A stretch of DNA of 64,000 nt from Bdellovibrionales bacterium (GTDB lineage Bacteria; Bdellovibrionota; Bdellovibrionia; Bdellovibrionales; JAUICD01). Below the pieces are notes generated by a model. The model was not told the origin of the DNA, searched no databases, and worked only from the letters and a program-made list of their open reading frames with translations. Made by a program: the position numbers and the translations under genes. Position 1 is the first letter of the stretch. Every line of letters starts with the position of its first letter. This document shows, in pieces, positions 10,103 through 20,934 of the stretch. The stretch lies in the NCBI GenBank assembly GCA_965197425.1, contig CBDANC010000013.1:243070-307069 (forward strand), in the 5' to 3' direction.

Positions 10103-11122
10103 ATGAAGATTTATCCCGTGAGCCAATTGAACCAAAGTGAACAAGTCCACTTGTTTTTAGCCTCATTAAGAAGACCTAGAAGGAATAGAAAAAGCCAAAT
10201 AATAAGAGATCTGGTTCAAGAAACAAGATTAAACGTAAGTGATCTTATCTATCCAATTTTTCTGACAGAAAACTCTAAAGAGGCAATTCCTTCAATGCCT
10301 GGTATTTTTCGATACAACCCAAAAGATGTGATAGATGAAATTAAAGAATGTATGGACCTACAGCTTAATGCCTTTGTTTTATTCCCACTAATTCCTGAAG
10401 AAAAAAAAGATAAAACAGCCACACTTTCATACAATGACAATTTTTATCTCAGAACCATTGAAAAAATTAAATCAAAAATCCCTAAGGCACTTATTATTAC
10501 AGATGTTGCCATGGATCCTTACAGCTCTGATGGCCACGACGGTTTGTTGGTAGGAGATAAAATTGATAATGACAAAACATTACAAATCTTGTCAAAAATG
10601 TCCCTTGCTCAAGCAAGAGCTGGAGCAGACATATTAGGACCATCTGATATGATGGATGGCAGGGTATCGCATATCAGAAACTGTTTGGATGAGAATGGAT
10701 TTAGTGATGTATCAATCATGTCATACACCACTAAGTATGCCAGTGGATTTTATTCACCCTTTAGAGATGCTTTAGATTCTCAACCTAAAAAGTATGATAA
10801 AAAAACTTATCAGATGAATCCTGCAAATAGAAAAGAGGCAATTACCGAAGCTCTTTTAGATGTACAAGAAGGAGCTGATATTTTGATGTGTAAACCTGCC
10901 TTAAGTTATCTAGACATAATCTCTGATCTAAAGCGAAATACAAACTTACCAATAGCAGCTTATAATGTAAGTGGAGAATATTCCATGGTTATGGCAGCTA
11001 GCCTTAATGGTTGGATTGACCGAGACAAAATTATGAATGAAATTTTAATTTCAATAAAAAGAGCAGGGGCTGACATGATTTTAACCTATTTTGCAAAACT
11101 TTGGGCAAGCCAACAGTCTTGA
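10103..11122 (+). CDS. hemB: Porphobilinogen synthase
   Basis: RPRRNR, DVAMDPYSSDGHDG, PSDMMDGR, FYSPFRDA, YNVSGEY; true start uncertain because the ORF-track N-terminus comes from the repeat. Confidence 0.93.
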   Translation: MKIYPVSQLNQSEQVHLFLASLRRPRRNRKSQIIRDLVQETRLNVSDLIYPIFLTENSKEAIPSMPGIFRYNPKDVIDEIKECMDLQLNAFVLFPLIPEEKKDKTATLSYNDNFYLRTIEKIKSKIPKALIITDVAMDPYSSDGHDGLLVGDKIDNDKTLQILSKMSLAQARAGADILGPSDMMDGRVSHIRNCLDENGFSDVSIMSYTTKYASGFYSPFRDALDSQPKKYDKKTYQMNPANRKEAITEALLDVQEGADILMCKPALSYLDIISDLKRNTNLPIAAYNVSGEYSMVMAASLNGWIDRDKIMNEILISIKRAGADMILTYFAKLWASQQS

Positions 11123-11195
11123 TTTAAACCCCAAACCCAATATACATTTTAACAAAAAAGCAAATAGTTCCGATTGTTTTTTAAGGTCTAATATT

Positions 11196-12263
11196 ATGGT
11201 AAGGTTAGAGACATTTTTTTTAGGACTGTTTGCAGCAGGTGTTCTGGTAGGTTTTGTGGCCTGTGCTGAGGTTGAATTTGGAAGTACAGTTTTGTACGAC
11301 CGAAAAAACTACGAAAAAGTAGTGCCTCCAAACATGGTTGATATACTAGTCGTCGTAGATAACTCAGGCTCAATGGCAGATGAACAGACAAAACTAAGAC
11401 AAGGATTTAATGGGTTTTTAAGCTATCTATCTACATCTGGATTTAATTATAAAGTAGGGGTAGTTACAACATACCTTGATTCTAACCCCTCAGCGAACCA
11501 AAATATTAGAACTGGTAACTTCTATGAAGTAATTGATGATATAAAAAATAATGAAACTAACATCTGCCCATCCCTCGGTTGCCCACCACAAAATATGCAA
11601 CAGGCAAGGCTGTATGGAAAAGAAAGAGGTATAGAAAGAGCTATAGCTGCTATCAAAGGCAATAGAAGCTTTTTCAGAGATCAAGCAGAGCTTGTGGTCA
11701 TATTTTTAAGTGATGAAGATAGCGGATGCGAATATACAGATTATGATAACTTTATTTGTGAACAATATTTTAGTGATCATCAAAATGCAGATGACCTTAT
11801 GCAAGCAGTAAAATCAAGATTTGGAAATGACAAACACTTCACAGCACACTCCATTGTTGATACAGGGAATAGTGCATGTGTAAGACCACGCGTTGAATAT
11901 GAAACTAACAACCCTAGTATAGGAAAATTATACATGGAGGGAAGTAGCGAAACAGGTGGACAGGTTGCATGTATTTACACAGATGACTACGACAATGTCT
12001 TGAGAAACATTGCCGAAGATATTGCCGTTCGATCAATTCAACTAGAATGTGAGCCTTACGAAAACATAGATGAAGAAAAATGTTTTGAGCTAGTACTACC
12101 AGATGATTACGAAAGCAATGAAGGTCATCCATATGTTGAAGGAAACAAGCTTATACTAGACCCTCCATTAACTTCTGGCCAAGTGATAAGTCTAGAGTAT
12201 TGGTGTACGAATTATCAACACAGTGCTACCCCTAATCCTGATATCCCCTGTGTAGAAAACTAA
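11196..12263 (+). CDS. VWA-domain lipoprotein
   Basis: FVAC lipobox; DILVVVDNSGSM MIDAS; VIFLSDED. Confidence 0.8.
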   Translation: MVRLETFFLGLFAAGVLVGFVACAEVEFGSTVLYDRKNYEKVVPPNMVDILVVVDNSGSMADEQTKLRQGFNGFLSYLSTSGFNYKVGVVTTYLDSNPSANQNIRTGNFYEVIDDIKNNETNICPSLGCPPQNMQQARLYGKERGIERAIAAIKGNRSFFRDQAELVVIFLSDEDSGCEYTDYDNFICEQYFSDHQNADDLMQAVKSRFGNDKHFTAHSIVDTGNSACVRPRVEYETNNPSIGKLYMEGSSETGGQVACIYTDDYDNVLRNIAEDIAVRSIQLECEPYENIDEEKCFELVLPDDYESNEGHPYVEGNKLILDPPLTSGQVISLEYWCTNYQHSATPNPDIPCVEN

Positions 12264-13554
12264 TACGATTTCTAAGTAGAATAAAAAACAAGGTGTATAA
12301 CCAAGCTGTCCATACAAAATCAATGTGTGTACTCACAAAAGCAAAAATTGTTACCGGTATCAAAAGTACTTTGCTAATTGATTTTAATATTTTGTTTTCT
12401 CTAGCCAGCCTTGCCATGTGTGGCGAGTATTTATAATATCCATCCACTATTCGTTTTCCTATATTTGATCCTAAAAGTTTTTTATCTCTAAATTTTCTAA
12501 GAATTCCAATAGACGGAGATAAACTACTGGCATTTGCGGTTTCCATAATAAAGCACCGATCTGAATCTCCAAATATACCATACACATCATCCGGTGTAGC
12601 TGTATGGTATCTATCTTCACAAGAAGTGTTCGGAGTAAAAAGACCCACATTACCCGACTCGTCTACTAAAGCTAGCTTGAAGACATATTGTTTTTTATTT
12701 TCAAAACCTGAAAAAAAAGTTTTGTCTACCTTAAAACCACCTTCACCATCTAGTTCGAGAATATTGGTTGAAACATATCCGGAGTTATTTTGTATCTTAT
12801 AGACATCATTACATCCAGAATTACTTTCTATGTAGTAAAGGCGTATTTCATTAAAATTGATTAGCCCTTTGTAGGATGGAAAAGTACCAAGAACATTCAT
12901 ACCCTCTTCAAAGTCATCATATACATCCGTTTCATTATCTAACAAATAGACCTTTCCATCTCCAGGGTATATCTGAAACTCAGATATACCGTTTTCCGTT
13001 GTTTGCATATCTACAACATCTTCCATGTTAGATACGGTTATATTAATGGCTACACTGTGTTCATTAGCACTAAGCATACCATCATCGTCTGCATCTAACC
13101 CAACATAGATTGTGCCTTTTGCATCGTCCGAATCACAATTACTATTTCCAACAATATATGTACAAAGAATATTCCATCGTATAGATATGAAGGAAGCACT
13201 ACTACTTTCTTCTCCTTCAGATACGGATGGTTTCAAATTAGTGTCTTTTTCCCTGTTGGTGATAATAGGGAAACCAGGAGAAGATTTGCTAAAATTTATA
13301 GATAAACTACCTCCTAAATCATTAATTCTATTTTCATTACAAGATCCTATCCTTTGCTCTGTAATTACATGCCCTGTACAATTATCACATGTACTTTCAT
13401 TACCCCTACAATCCACACCTGAGGTTCCTGCAAAAACTTTAACCGTATTTTCATCAATTAAATAATTTGATGCTCCCGAAATAGACACTATTTCTATATT
13501 TGCATCTACCTCTACTGTTAATAAAAAAAATGAAAGCAAAAAATAAAATGGCAT
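12232..13554 (-). CDS. Secreted protein with CFI-box-CTERM sorting domain
   Basis: Signal peptide; C-terminal RCFIMETA...LRKFRD...YYKYSP followed by hydrophobic tail. Confidence 0.75.
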   Translation of the reverse strand: MPFYFLLSFFLLTVEVDANIEIVSISGASNYLIDENTVKVFAGTSGVDCRGNESTCDNCTGHVITEQRIGSCNENRINDLGGSLSINFSKSSPGFPIITNREKDTNLKPSVSEGEESSSASFISIRWNILCTYIVGNSNCDSDDAKGTIYVGLDADDDGMLSANEHSVAINITVSNMEDVVDMQTTENGISEFQIYPGDGKVYLLDNETDVYDDFEEGMNVLGTFPSYKGLINFNEIRLYYIESNSGCNDVYKIQNNSGYVSTNILELDGEGGFKVDKTFFSGFENKKQYVFKLALVDESGNVGLFTPNTSCEDRYHTATPDDVYGIFGDSDRCFIMETANASSLSPSIGILRKFRDKKLLGSNIGKRIVDGYYKYSPHMARLARENKILKSISKVLLIPVTIFAFVSTHIDFVWTAWLYTLFFILLRNRISFLHRGYQD

Positions 13555-14049
13555 TTAATATTCCCTTTTTTCTTTTTCCACCCTATAAGACTTAGAAGTA
13601 CTTTCTTCTAAAATGTGTAAGTTTTTTAGAAGCTCTGTTTCAATAGCTTGGCTTTGTAGTAGAATTTTTTGTTTTTGTTTATCTCTATTTTTAATATAAT
13701 CATTCCTGACTTTTTTGTACTGCTCAAGCCATACAAGTTTTTCTTTATTGTGTAGTTCTTCTAGTTTTGACAAATCTTTTTTAGATTTTCTTAATTTAAA
13801 CTGTTCTTTTATGGCATTTTTGTAGTACTCTTTCATTTTTTCTTTATGCTTCTTATGTTCTGCTATATTTACTTTGAGTTTTTTCGCTTTGCTGTTTTTA
13901 TTTTTTAGATATTCGACATAATTTTTGTCATTGTTAGCTCTCATCTCTTGTTCTATATCATCGAACTTTAGATCAGAGTAAACATTTGGTATTAACAAGA
14001 TAAAAATTATAAACCACATACCACAATATAACACTCTACTTTTATGCAT
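13555..14049 (-). CDS. Hypothetical charged helical secreted protein
   Basis: N-terminal hydrophobic segment; K/E-rich; abuts the downstream gene. Confidence 0.55.
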   Translation of the reverse strand: MHKSRVLYCGMWFIIFILLIPNVYSDLKFDDIEQEMRANNDKNYVEYLKNKNSKAKKLKVNIAEHKKHKEKMKEYYKNAIKEQFKLRKSKKDLSKLEELHNKEKLVWLEQYKKVRNDYIKNRDKQKQKILLQSQAIETELLKNLHILEESTSKSYRVEKEKREY

Positions 14050-14093
14050 TTAAACTAACTTGACTTCTCAAGGTGTTATACAATACGAAAGTC

Positions 14094-16232
14094 TTAAATG
14101 TAAGCTCTACAAACCCCTTTGTTTTTTTGTGGCCCTGCCAAAATCTCAAGGTCATTATCCTTATATGACACCAAATAATTGCCTTTAGTTATAATACCTT
14201 CTAGCATTTTTTTAGAAATCTTAGTTTCTAGCTCTCTTTGTAAAACCCTTTTTAGTGGTCTTGCACCATATACTGGATCATAACCTTTTTCCAAAAAATA
14301 ATCTTTAGCACTATCATCCAACTCTAAGTATATCTCTTTGTCCTCTAATCTTTTTGCCATTTCTAAAAATAGAATTTCTAGAATTTCTGTTAATTCTTTT
14401 TTTCTTAGAGGTGCAAATAATATTATCTCATCTACTCTATTTAAAAATTCAGGCCTTAATTCTCTACTAAGTTCATCAAATACCTCTGTTTTTATATCTT
14501 CTGTTATTTTGTCTTTGCATTTAAGCAAACTATGCGCACCTAAATTTGAAGTCATTATTATTACAGTATTCTTGAAATCTACTTTTCTTCCTTGAGAGTC
14601 TGTGACAGAACCATAATCTAAAATTTGAAGCAGTATATTTAACACATCTCTGTGAGCTTTTTCTAGCTCATCAAACAAAACAATAGAGTACGGGTTTCTC
14701 CTTACTGTCTCTGTTAGTTTTCCTCCTTCATCATATCCTACATATCCTGGGGGTGCTCCTACTAACCGGCTTACAGAGTGTTTTTCCATGTATTCACTCA
14801 TATCAATTCTTATAATATTCTCTTCACTATCCAGAAGCTCTGATGCTAAAGCTTTTGCAAGCTCTGTTTTTCCGACCCCTGTAGGTCCTAGGAAAATAAA
14901 TGACCCAATAGGTTTGTTTGGATCTTTTATTCCAGATCTTGCTCTAATTATACTGTCTGATACAAATTGAACTGCCTGGTCTTGGCCTACAATTTTCCGA
15001 TGTAATCTTTCAGAAAGATTTAATAATCGCTCACGATCTTCTTTTAATAAATTAGTAACAGGTATACCTGTCCATCTAGACACAACTTCAGCAATGTTAT
15101 GTTGTGTTACAGATTCAAATATCATCTCTAGATTTGATTCTGTTTCTGCTGCCTCTAGTTTTTTTAATAAACTTGGAAGAAGGCCAAATTTTAATTCAGC
15201 AACTTTTGCCAAATTATATTCTCTTTCATACTGCGTAATCTCTTTTTTTGTATCTTCTATTTGTTTTCTGAGATCCGTTATCTTTTTTAGTTCTTGTTTT
15301 TCTTTTTTCCATTGTTTTTCAAGAGAAGAGACTTGTTCTTTTGTAGATTTTAATTCATCTTCTACATCTTTTAATCTTTCGATACCTGCTTTGTCTGTTT
15401 CATTTTTTAAAGCTCTTTTTTCTATTTCAAGTTGCATAAGTTTTCTGGTTTTTATATCAAGCTCGTTTGGCATTGAGTACAGCTCTGTTCTGATTACTGC
15501 ACAGGCTTCATCTACCAGATCAATCGCTTTATCTGGTAAAAATCTATCAAGTATGTATCTGTCGGATAGTTTGGCCGCAGCCACCAACGCTGAATCTTGA
15601 ATTTTAACCCCATGATAAACTTCAAATCTCTCTTTTAACCCTCTTAAAATTGAAATAGAGTCCTCTACAGATGGTGCTTTAACTACGACAGGTTGAAATC
15701 TTCTTTCTAAAGCCTTATCTTTTTCAATATATTGTCTATATTCATCTAATGTTGTTGCTCCAATACAATGAAGCTCACCTCTAGCAAGCATAGGTTTAAG
15801 AATTTGTCCTGCGTCCATAGCCCCATTTGTTTTTCCAGCTCCTACTATGGTGTGTAACTCATCGATAAATAAAATGATCCCACCGTGAGAATTTTTAACC
15901 TCTTCTAAAACACTCTTCAGACGCTCTTCAAACTCTCCCATAAATTTTGCACCTGCAACAAGTGAGCTTATTTCTAGGGAAATTACCTTTTTATTTTTAA
16001 GACTATCTGGTACATCTTCTTTTAGAATTCTCTGTGCTACGCCAGTGGCGATAGCTGTTTTTCCAACACCAGGCTCTCCTATTAATACAGGATTATTTTT
16101 TGTTTTTCTGGATAAAACTCTAATAACCCTCTTTATCTCTTCATTTCTGCCAATCACCGGATCCAACTTGCCTTCCGCAGCAAGCTTTACTAGATTTTGA
16201 CCGTATTTTTCACACTTTGTCTCTTCATCCAT
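14094..16232 (-). CDS. clpB: ClpB-type AAA+ disaggregase lacking the N-terminal domain
   Basis: KLDPVIGR, Walker A GEPGVGKT and GPTGVGKTE, coiled-coil M-domain, [16 protein letters not shown]. Confidence 0.9.
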   Translation of the reverse strand: MDEETKCEKYGQNLVKLAAEGKLDPVIGRNEEIKRVIRVLSRKTKNNPVLIGEPGVGKTAIATGVAQRILKEDVPDSLKNKKVISLEISSLVAGAKFMGEFEERLKSVLEEVKNSHGGIILFIDELHTIVGAGKTNGAMDAGQILKPMLARGELHCIGATTLDEYRQYIEKDKALERRFQPVVVKAPSVEDSISILRGLKERFEVYHGVKIQDSALVAAAKLSDRYILDRFLPDKAIDLVDEACAVIRTELYSMPNELDIKTRKLMQLEIEKRALKNETDKAGIERLKDVEDELKSTKEQVSSLEKQWKKEKQELKKITDLRKQIEDTKKEITQYEREYNLAKVAELKFGLLPSLLKKLEAAETESNLEMIFESVTQHNIAEVVSRWTGIPVTNLLKEDRERLLNLSERLHRKIVGQDQAVQFVSDSIIRARSGIKDPNKPIGSFIFLGPTGVGKTELAKALASELLDSEENIIRIDMSEYMEKHSVSRLVGAPPGYVGYDEGGKLTETVRRNPYSIVLFDELEKAHRDVLNILLQILDYGSVTDSQGRKVDFKNTVIIMTSNLGAHSLLKCKDKITEDIKTEVFDELSRELRPEFLNRVDEIILFAPLRKKELTEILEILFLEMAKRLEDKEIYLELDDSAKDYFLEKGYDPVYGARPLKRVLQRELETKISKKMLEGIITKGNYLVSYKDNDLEILAGPQKNKGVCRAYI

Positions 16233-16273
16233 AGGTTAGAATGTGTGTATTGATGCTGTGTATGTCAAGACAT

Positions 16274-16336
16274 CAGGTGATCGGGCAGGCGGACAACCAG
16301 GCAATCGGGCAATCAGGGGTCAGGCAAACTGGCAAT
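16274..16336 (+). repeat. Degenerate octamer tandem array (consensus CRGGCAAT)
   Basis: CAGGTGAT CGGGCAGG CGGACAAC CAGGCAAT CGGGCAAT CAGGGGT CAGGCAAA CTGGCAAT; GC-rich against AT-rich background. Confidence 0.8.
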
Positions 16337-16417
16337 AGTCTCCTTTTTTAAAAAATATTTCCTCCCAGATAAAAACTATGGAACAAATATTTTTTCTAAA
16401 AAAGGAGATAATATACT

Positions 16418-16711
16418 ATGAAAAAATTAAGAACATACCAATTAGCAATGGATTTCTATAAAAATTCCAGAAATCTCTACCTGAAGGAACCATTGAAAAA
16501 TCAATTCCAAAGAGCAGCCTTAAGTGTTGTACTCAATTTAGCAGAAGGGAGTGCAAAGCCAACAGCTAAAGATAGAAGAAAATATTATAGAACCAGCCTC
16601 GGTTCACTTAGAGAAATGCAAGCAATATTAAATATTATAAGCCATAGGAATCTAACAGAAGAAGCGGATAAACTTGGAGGATATCTATACAAATTGTGTA
16701 AGAATACATAG
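16418..16711 (+). CDS. Four-helix-bundle protein (23S rRNA IVP / bAvd-like family)
   Basis: L..YQLA, L.NQ.QRAALSVVLNLAEG, SLGSLRE motifs; SD AAGGAG. Confidence 0.85.
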   Translation: MKKLRTYQLAMDFYKNSRNLYLKEPLKNQFQRAALSVVLNLAEGSAKPTAKDRRKYYRTSLGSLREMQAILNIISHRNLTEEADKLGGYLYKLCKNT

Positions 16712-16737
16712 GATAGGTCGGGTAGGAGGGCAAACAG
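16710..16737 (+). repeat. Short octamer array downstream of the four-helix-bundle gene
   Basis: AGGATAGG T CGGGTAGG AGGGCAAA CAG; same strand as the upstream array. Confidence 0.55.
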
Positions 16738-16741
16738 TACT

Positions 16742-17305
16742 TTATATGGCTACGACACCTGCTATATCTGGAATATGTTTTTTTAACGCTCTTTCCACAC
16801 CACCTTTTAGAGTAGCAGTAGAGCTGGGACATCCGGAGCAAGCACCTATAAGATCAAGGTATAGAATTCTGTCTTGATATTTCTTAAAAATTATATCTCC
16901 ACCATCCATCATTACAGCCGGTCTTATATGATTATTTAAAATATTTTTGATTAGTTTCACCTCATCCGTATCATCGTCTAAAACTTTATTTTCGTCGCAA
17001 TCTTCATCGGGTGTTAATTTTATGACAGGTTCTTTGGACTGAATATGTTCTAGTAAAATTTGTGCAAGTGGTTCTTGTATTATTTCCCAATCAACCCAAT
17101 CTTGTTTGTTGACCGAAACAAAGTTTGGACCAATCAAAACTGATTCTGCCCATGGAAAACCAAATATTTTCATTGCTAAAGGAGAGTTTCCAGCATCAAG
17201 AGATTCTCTGTATTCAATAGTTCTGTCAGAGATAGCAGTATTAAACACAAATTTTTTTGAACTAGGGTTAGGGGTATCTTCTACTGTTATGTTGATTTGT
17301 TCCAT
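16742..17305 (-). CDS. NifU/Nfu-family Fe-S carrier
   Basis: TPNP N-terminal domain; IRPAVMMDGGDI, GACSGCPSS. Confidence 0.9.
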   Translation of the reverse strand: MEQINITVEDTPNPSSKKFVFNTAISDRTIEYRESLDAGNSPLAMKIFGFPWAESVLIGPNFVSVNKQDWVDWEIIQEPLAQILLEHIQSKEPVIKLTPDEDCDENKVLDDDTDEVKLIKNILNNHIRPAVMMDGGDIIFKKYQDRILYLDLIGACSGCPSSTATLKGGVERALKKHIPDIAGVVAI

Positions 17306-17569
17306 ATAAGCCTCTCGTCCAGCCAATTTTACAGACTAGGACAATCTATAAACACAAACATAAAAATTGGCAAGCTTAAAGTAGGTTACACTTTAAAAGT
17401 AAAGTAAAAATGACGATAGACTAAAGACATGGTTTGTAGTTGTTGTTTCAAATCAAGACTGTTTTTTGGTATAGCCTCAGTTTCAATTTGATTTAAAATC
17501 GCATCAAACTGTGTTCAAATTATATAGTTGATATTTGTAGGAATTACAAGACTTAAGGGTTATGAGATT

Positions 17570-19294
17570 ATGAAGCGTTTTTATTCTCTAGGTTTGATAT
17601 TATTTGCATCTTTGTTTCTTCCAAACTGTGCAATGGATCAAGAATTCGAATATTATGAAAATTATCAGTCTTCCAGAAGTGATGCAGCTTTCGTACAATC
17701 GAAATCCAACATTAGACAATCTCATGTTAATACCCTGAACAGGCTAAGAGAAAGACAAAGACGATTAAGACAAGCAAGTGTTGGAGGTCGAAGATCCAAC
17801 ACTGTGGTCTACACCACCACCACAACCAATAGGACAGTAGCTAGGCCATTTCGACACCTAGAAGTACAAAACGAGTCAACTTATATAGCCACCCCAAACC
17901 TTATAGGTAGAGGAGCTCCAAATGTCGGCACTAACATTGATAGGAGTAACAATTTGCTAGCTACACTTGGACTTGAAGTTGCTGAGTACGAAAGAGCAAT
18001 GAGCCTATCAAATGCCAATGGATATGATAAGTATCAAACAATTAAAGTAAAACTGTTTCCTATCGAAAAAATACGTGGTCGTGCCTATGCACCCTATCCT
18101 TGGGTTCATGAGCAAAATTTTAGAGATGTAACACTAGAAAACAACAATTCTTTTAAAGTGCTTGAAGTAAATATGTCAGATGGAAAGGTCGTTAAGGATT
18201 TTGGACTTTTTCAAAAAATAAAGTTTGAATTTGGCATGCCACTAGATCAACTATCAAATCAAAATAAAGCTCTTTTATACCGAGAACTCTCTTCACCGCA
18301 CCCAACACTGACGATTGATTTAAGTACACTGGCTAATAGTGAAGAATCCTCAGATCCTGAGTACAAAACAACCTCTCTAGTTATCAGTCCGAATGAAAAA
18401 CCTGATGATAATGCTATTGAAGCTGATGGCACAAGAAAAAGTGAGGAAGAGTACATATCAGCAGGGTTTAGTGTAATTAGATGGGATGGTATCAGAAGAT
18501 CAAATGGATCAACCCCAAGTGAACAAAGCTATTTTTATAGAGGGGATTTTGAGGTAGCATATGCACACAGATACCGAACTGTCAGAGACAGAAGAATTTG
18601 GACAATAATAAATCTTATTGATGTAGAGGATTATATTTACTCCGTAGCCTCTAAAGAACTTGGCCAAGCTGTTATTAGCACAGAAGGTGCAGAGAACGCA
18701 AGAAGGGCACAGGTAATAGCATCTAGAACATACACAGTTCTACAAGCTGATCAAGCCAGAACAGGCTCTATACCAAGACTTTGGGATCTACTCCCTACCA
18801 CAGTTAATCAGGCTTATTTAGGGGTTGAAGCAGAAAAAGGGCCATATAGGGAAGACGTGGAGAGTACTAGGTATGAAATCTTGGGTACAAGGAGCAGAGG
18901 GGATAAAGCCAGATTATCTTCTGCAAATTACTTTGGATGTACAGAGACAAGGACACTTTATCCACAAGGTTGTCAACCAAGTGGAAGAGGTTGCATTCCA
19001 GAACAGAAACCAAGGATTGTGCCTGGTACTATAAGTTGTGACTATGCTAGAAGGCAATTATCCACAAGGCGTGATTTTGAAGGAGAGGTAGTTGCATACG
19101 GACATGGTAGGGGTATGTGCCAATTATGTGCATTACATTTAGCCACCACAGGATGGGATGATAGCACTAGGAGGCCGTCTGAAGATGCAACTTATCCAGA
19201 AAATTACAATGATTCTTGGGATCACGAGAATATCTTAAAGTACTTTTATGATGATTCAGATATTTATAAACTTACCGATTCAGACTTAGAATAA
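17570..19294 (+). CDS. SpoIID/LytB-domain lipoprotein (lytic transglycosylase-like)
   Basis: LPNC lipobox; YRG, IN...EDY..SV..KE, AQVIASRTY, QAY.G, GHGRGMCQ, ILKYFY. Confidence 0.8.
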   Translation: MKRFYSLGLILFASLFLPNCAMDQEFEYYENYQSSRSDAAFVQSKSNIRQSHVNTLNRLRERQRRLRQASVGGRRSNTVVYTTTTTNRTVARPFRHLEVQNESTYIATPNLIGRGAPNVGTNIDRSNNLLATLGLEVAEYERAMSLSNANGYDKYQTIKVKLFPIEKIRGRAYAPYPWVHEQNFRDVTLENNNSFKVLEVNMSDGKVVKDFGLFQKIKFEFGMPLDQLSNQNKALLYRELSSPHPTLTIDLSTLANSEESSDPEYKTTSLVISPNEKPDDNAIEADGTRKSEEEYISAGFSVIRWDGIRRSNGSTPSEQSYFYRGDFEVAYAHRYRTVRDRRIWTIINLIDVEDYIYSVASKELGQAVISTEGAENARRAQVIASRTYTVLQADQARTGSIPRLWDLLPTTVNQAYLGVEAEKGPYREDVESTRYEILGTRSRGDKARLSSANYFGCTETRTLYPQGCQPSGRGCIPEQKPRIVPGTISCDYARRQLSTRRDFEGEVVAYGHGRGMCQLCALHLATTGWDDSTRRPSEDATYPENYNDSWDHENILKYFYDDSDIYKLTDSDLE

Positions 19295-19353
19295 TAAAGG
19301 GCTAGTGTTTTAAAATTTATGTTAAAAACTCTATATGCTATACTTGGTAAGTT

Positions 19354-20865
19354 ATGAAAGTTGTATCTTGTATAATTGCAATCCTTATAGCTCTTGTATA
19401 TTTCAAGTATCATCAAAATGATCCTCCCATTGAGGACGATACTTTGAGTTACTTAGAGAGCTTACCGAGATTAAAACAAATACATGAGAGAAATATTTTA
19501 AAACTGATAAGCAACAAAATAGATCTAGACCCTACAAAAAAAGATTCTGGTTTCCTGGCAGCACAAAAAGATTTAAAAAAACCAAAATCACAAAAACAAT
19601 CAAAAACTCAAACTTGGATATTAGAAAAAAAAGTTAAAGAACTGGAGCGCGCAATTAAAACTCTAGATTTAGGATTGGAACAATACAAAGCCGTTAGAGT
19701 GAAGATTTTTCCTGTTGAAAGAATAAGAAACATTAAAAGTTCCTATACCATAATCTCCAAAGAAGAAATGAAGTTCATATCAATAGAAAGTATAAACTCA
19801 CTTGATGTTAATGAAGTTGACTGGACAAATGGGAATATTGTCAAAAAGTACGGCGAGTTTAAAAAAATAGATATTCATTTTGGTAACCCAACAAACCTAC
19901 TATCTCCAGAAAATAAATTAATTTTAATAAAGGACACATTTAGTAGCTTAGGAAAAGAAGAGTTGACACTGGATAAACTAATCTCGTCATCAACTTCCAT
20001 AAGAATAACCCCTGTTATCGCTGAAAGACCAGAGTCCATTGCATATGGATCAAGTAACGATGAATATTACAAGACAGGGTTTAGCAGAGTAACTTGGGGC
20101 AATAATAAAAAATATTTTTACCGAGGCAGTTTTGATGTAACTTATGCACACAGATACTTATCTGGGATATCTAGAATATGGACAGTGGTAAACTTAGTTG
20201 GCATGTACGATTATATGCATTCGGTTGCATCACAAGAACTTAAACAGGCAAAAGGGAATATCGAAGCGAAGAAAGCTCAAACCATAGCTGCTAGAACATA
20301 TGCAGTATTAAAAGCAGGTCAGGCTAGAACAAAAAAGTATAGCCCCAGAATGTGGGATTTATTGCCCACAACAGCACATCAAATATACTTAGGAGCAAAG
20401 GCAGAGATAATACTTTTTGAAGATGCTATTAAAAAAACAAGAAATAAAATTTTGGTTGTGGATACTAAAAAAGGCTTAAGGCCAGCATTTACAGAATATT
20501 TTGGTTGCACGAATCAAAGAACCTTAGATGACCATAATCCACCCAGAATGGATATGCTCATAGAGCAAGAACCCAGAAATGTCCCTTCTGTTGTAGATTG
20601 TGGATATGCTAGAACACAGATCAGAATAAAAAAAGATGTTGTTGGAAAAATTTTGGCATATGGACACGGTAGGGGTATGTGCCAAAAGTGTGCTATTCAT
20701 CTAGCTAAAGATGGATGGAATGATAATAACAAAGAACCTACCAAAAAAGACGCTTTCTTGCCTACAGACATAAGGTCACCCTGGATGCATGACGCAATAC
20801 TTATGTACTTCTATAACCGCACAAGAATAAAAAACATGCATGAAGTAACTTTGGTTTCAAGATAA
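19354..20865 (+). CDS. SpoIID/LytB-domain protein (tandem paralog)
   Basis: AQTIAARTY, WDLLPTT, GHGRGMCQ, ILMYFY shared with the upstream gene. Confidence 0.8.
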   Translation: MKVVSCIIAILIALVYFKYHQNDPPIEDDTLSYLESLPRLKQIHERNILKLISNKIDLDPTKKDSGFLAAQKDLKKPKSQKQSKTQTWILEKKVKELERAIKTLDLGLEQYKAVRVKIFPVERIRNIKSSYTIISKEEMKFISIESINSLDVNEVDWTNGNIVKKYGEFKKIDIHFGNPTNLLSPENKLILIKDTFSSLGKEELTLDKLISSSTSIRITPVIAERPESIAYGSSNDEYYKTGFSRVTWGNNKKYFYRGSFDVTYAHRYLSGISRIWTVVNLVGMYDYMHSVASQELKQAKGNIEAKKAQTIAARTYAVLKAGQARTKKYSPRMWDLLPTTAHQIYLGAKAEIILFEDAIKKTRNKILVVDTKKGLRPAFTEYFGCTNQRTLDDHNPPRMDMLIEQEPRNVPSVVDCGYARTQIRIKKDVVGKILAYGHGRGMCQKCAIHLAKDGWNDNNKEPTKKDAFLPTDIRSPWMHDAILMYFYNRTRIKNMHEVTLVSR

Positions 20866-20934
20866 AAACCAACACATTTTTCTTTCTACTTTTGATTATA
20901 GTGGGTGTAAGAAACCTTCAAGTTTGGCCACAAG

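Noticed and set aside
16418..16711. Diversity-generating retroelement
   Set aside because: An Avd-like gene is present, but there is no reverse transcriptase and I saw no repeat pair differing mainly at adenines.
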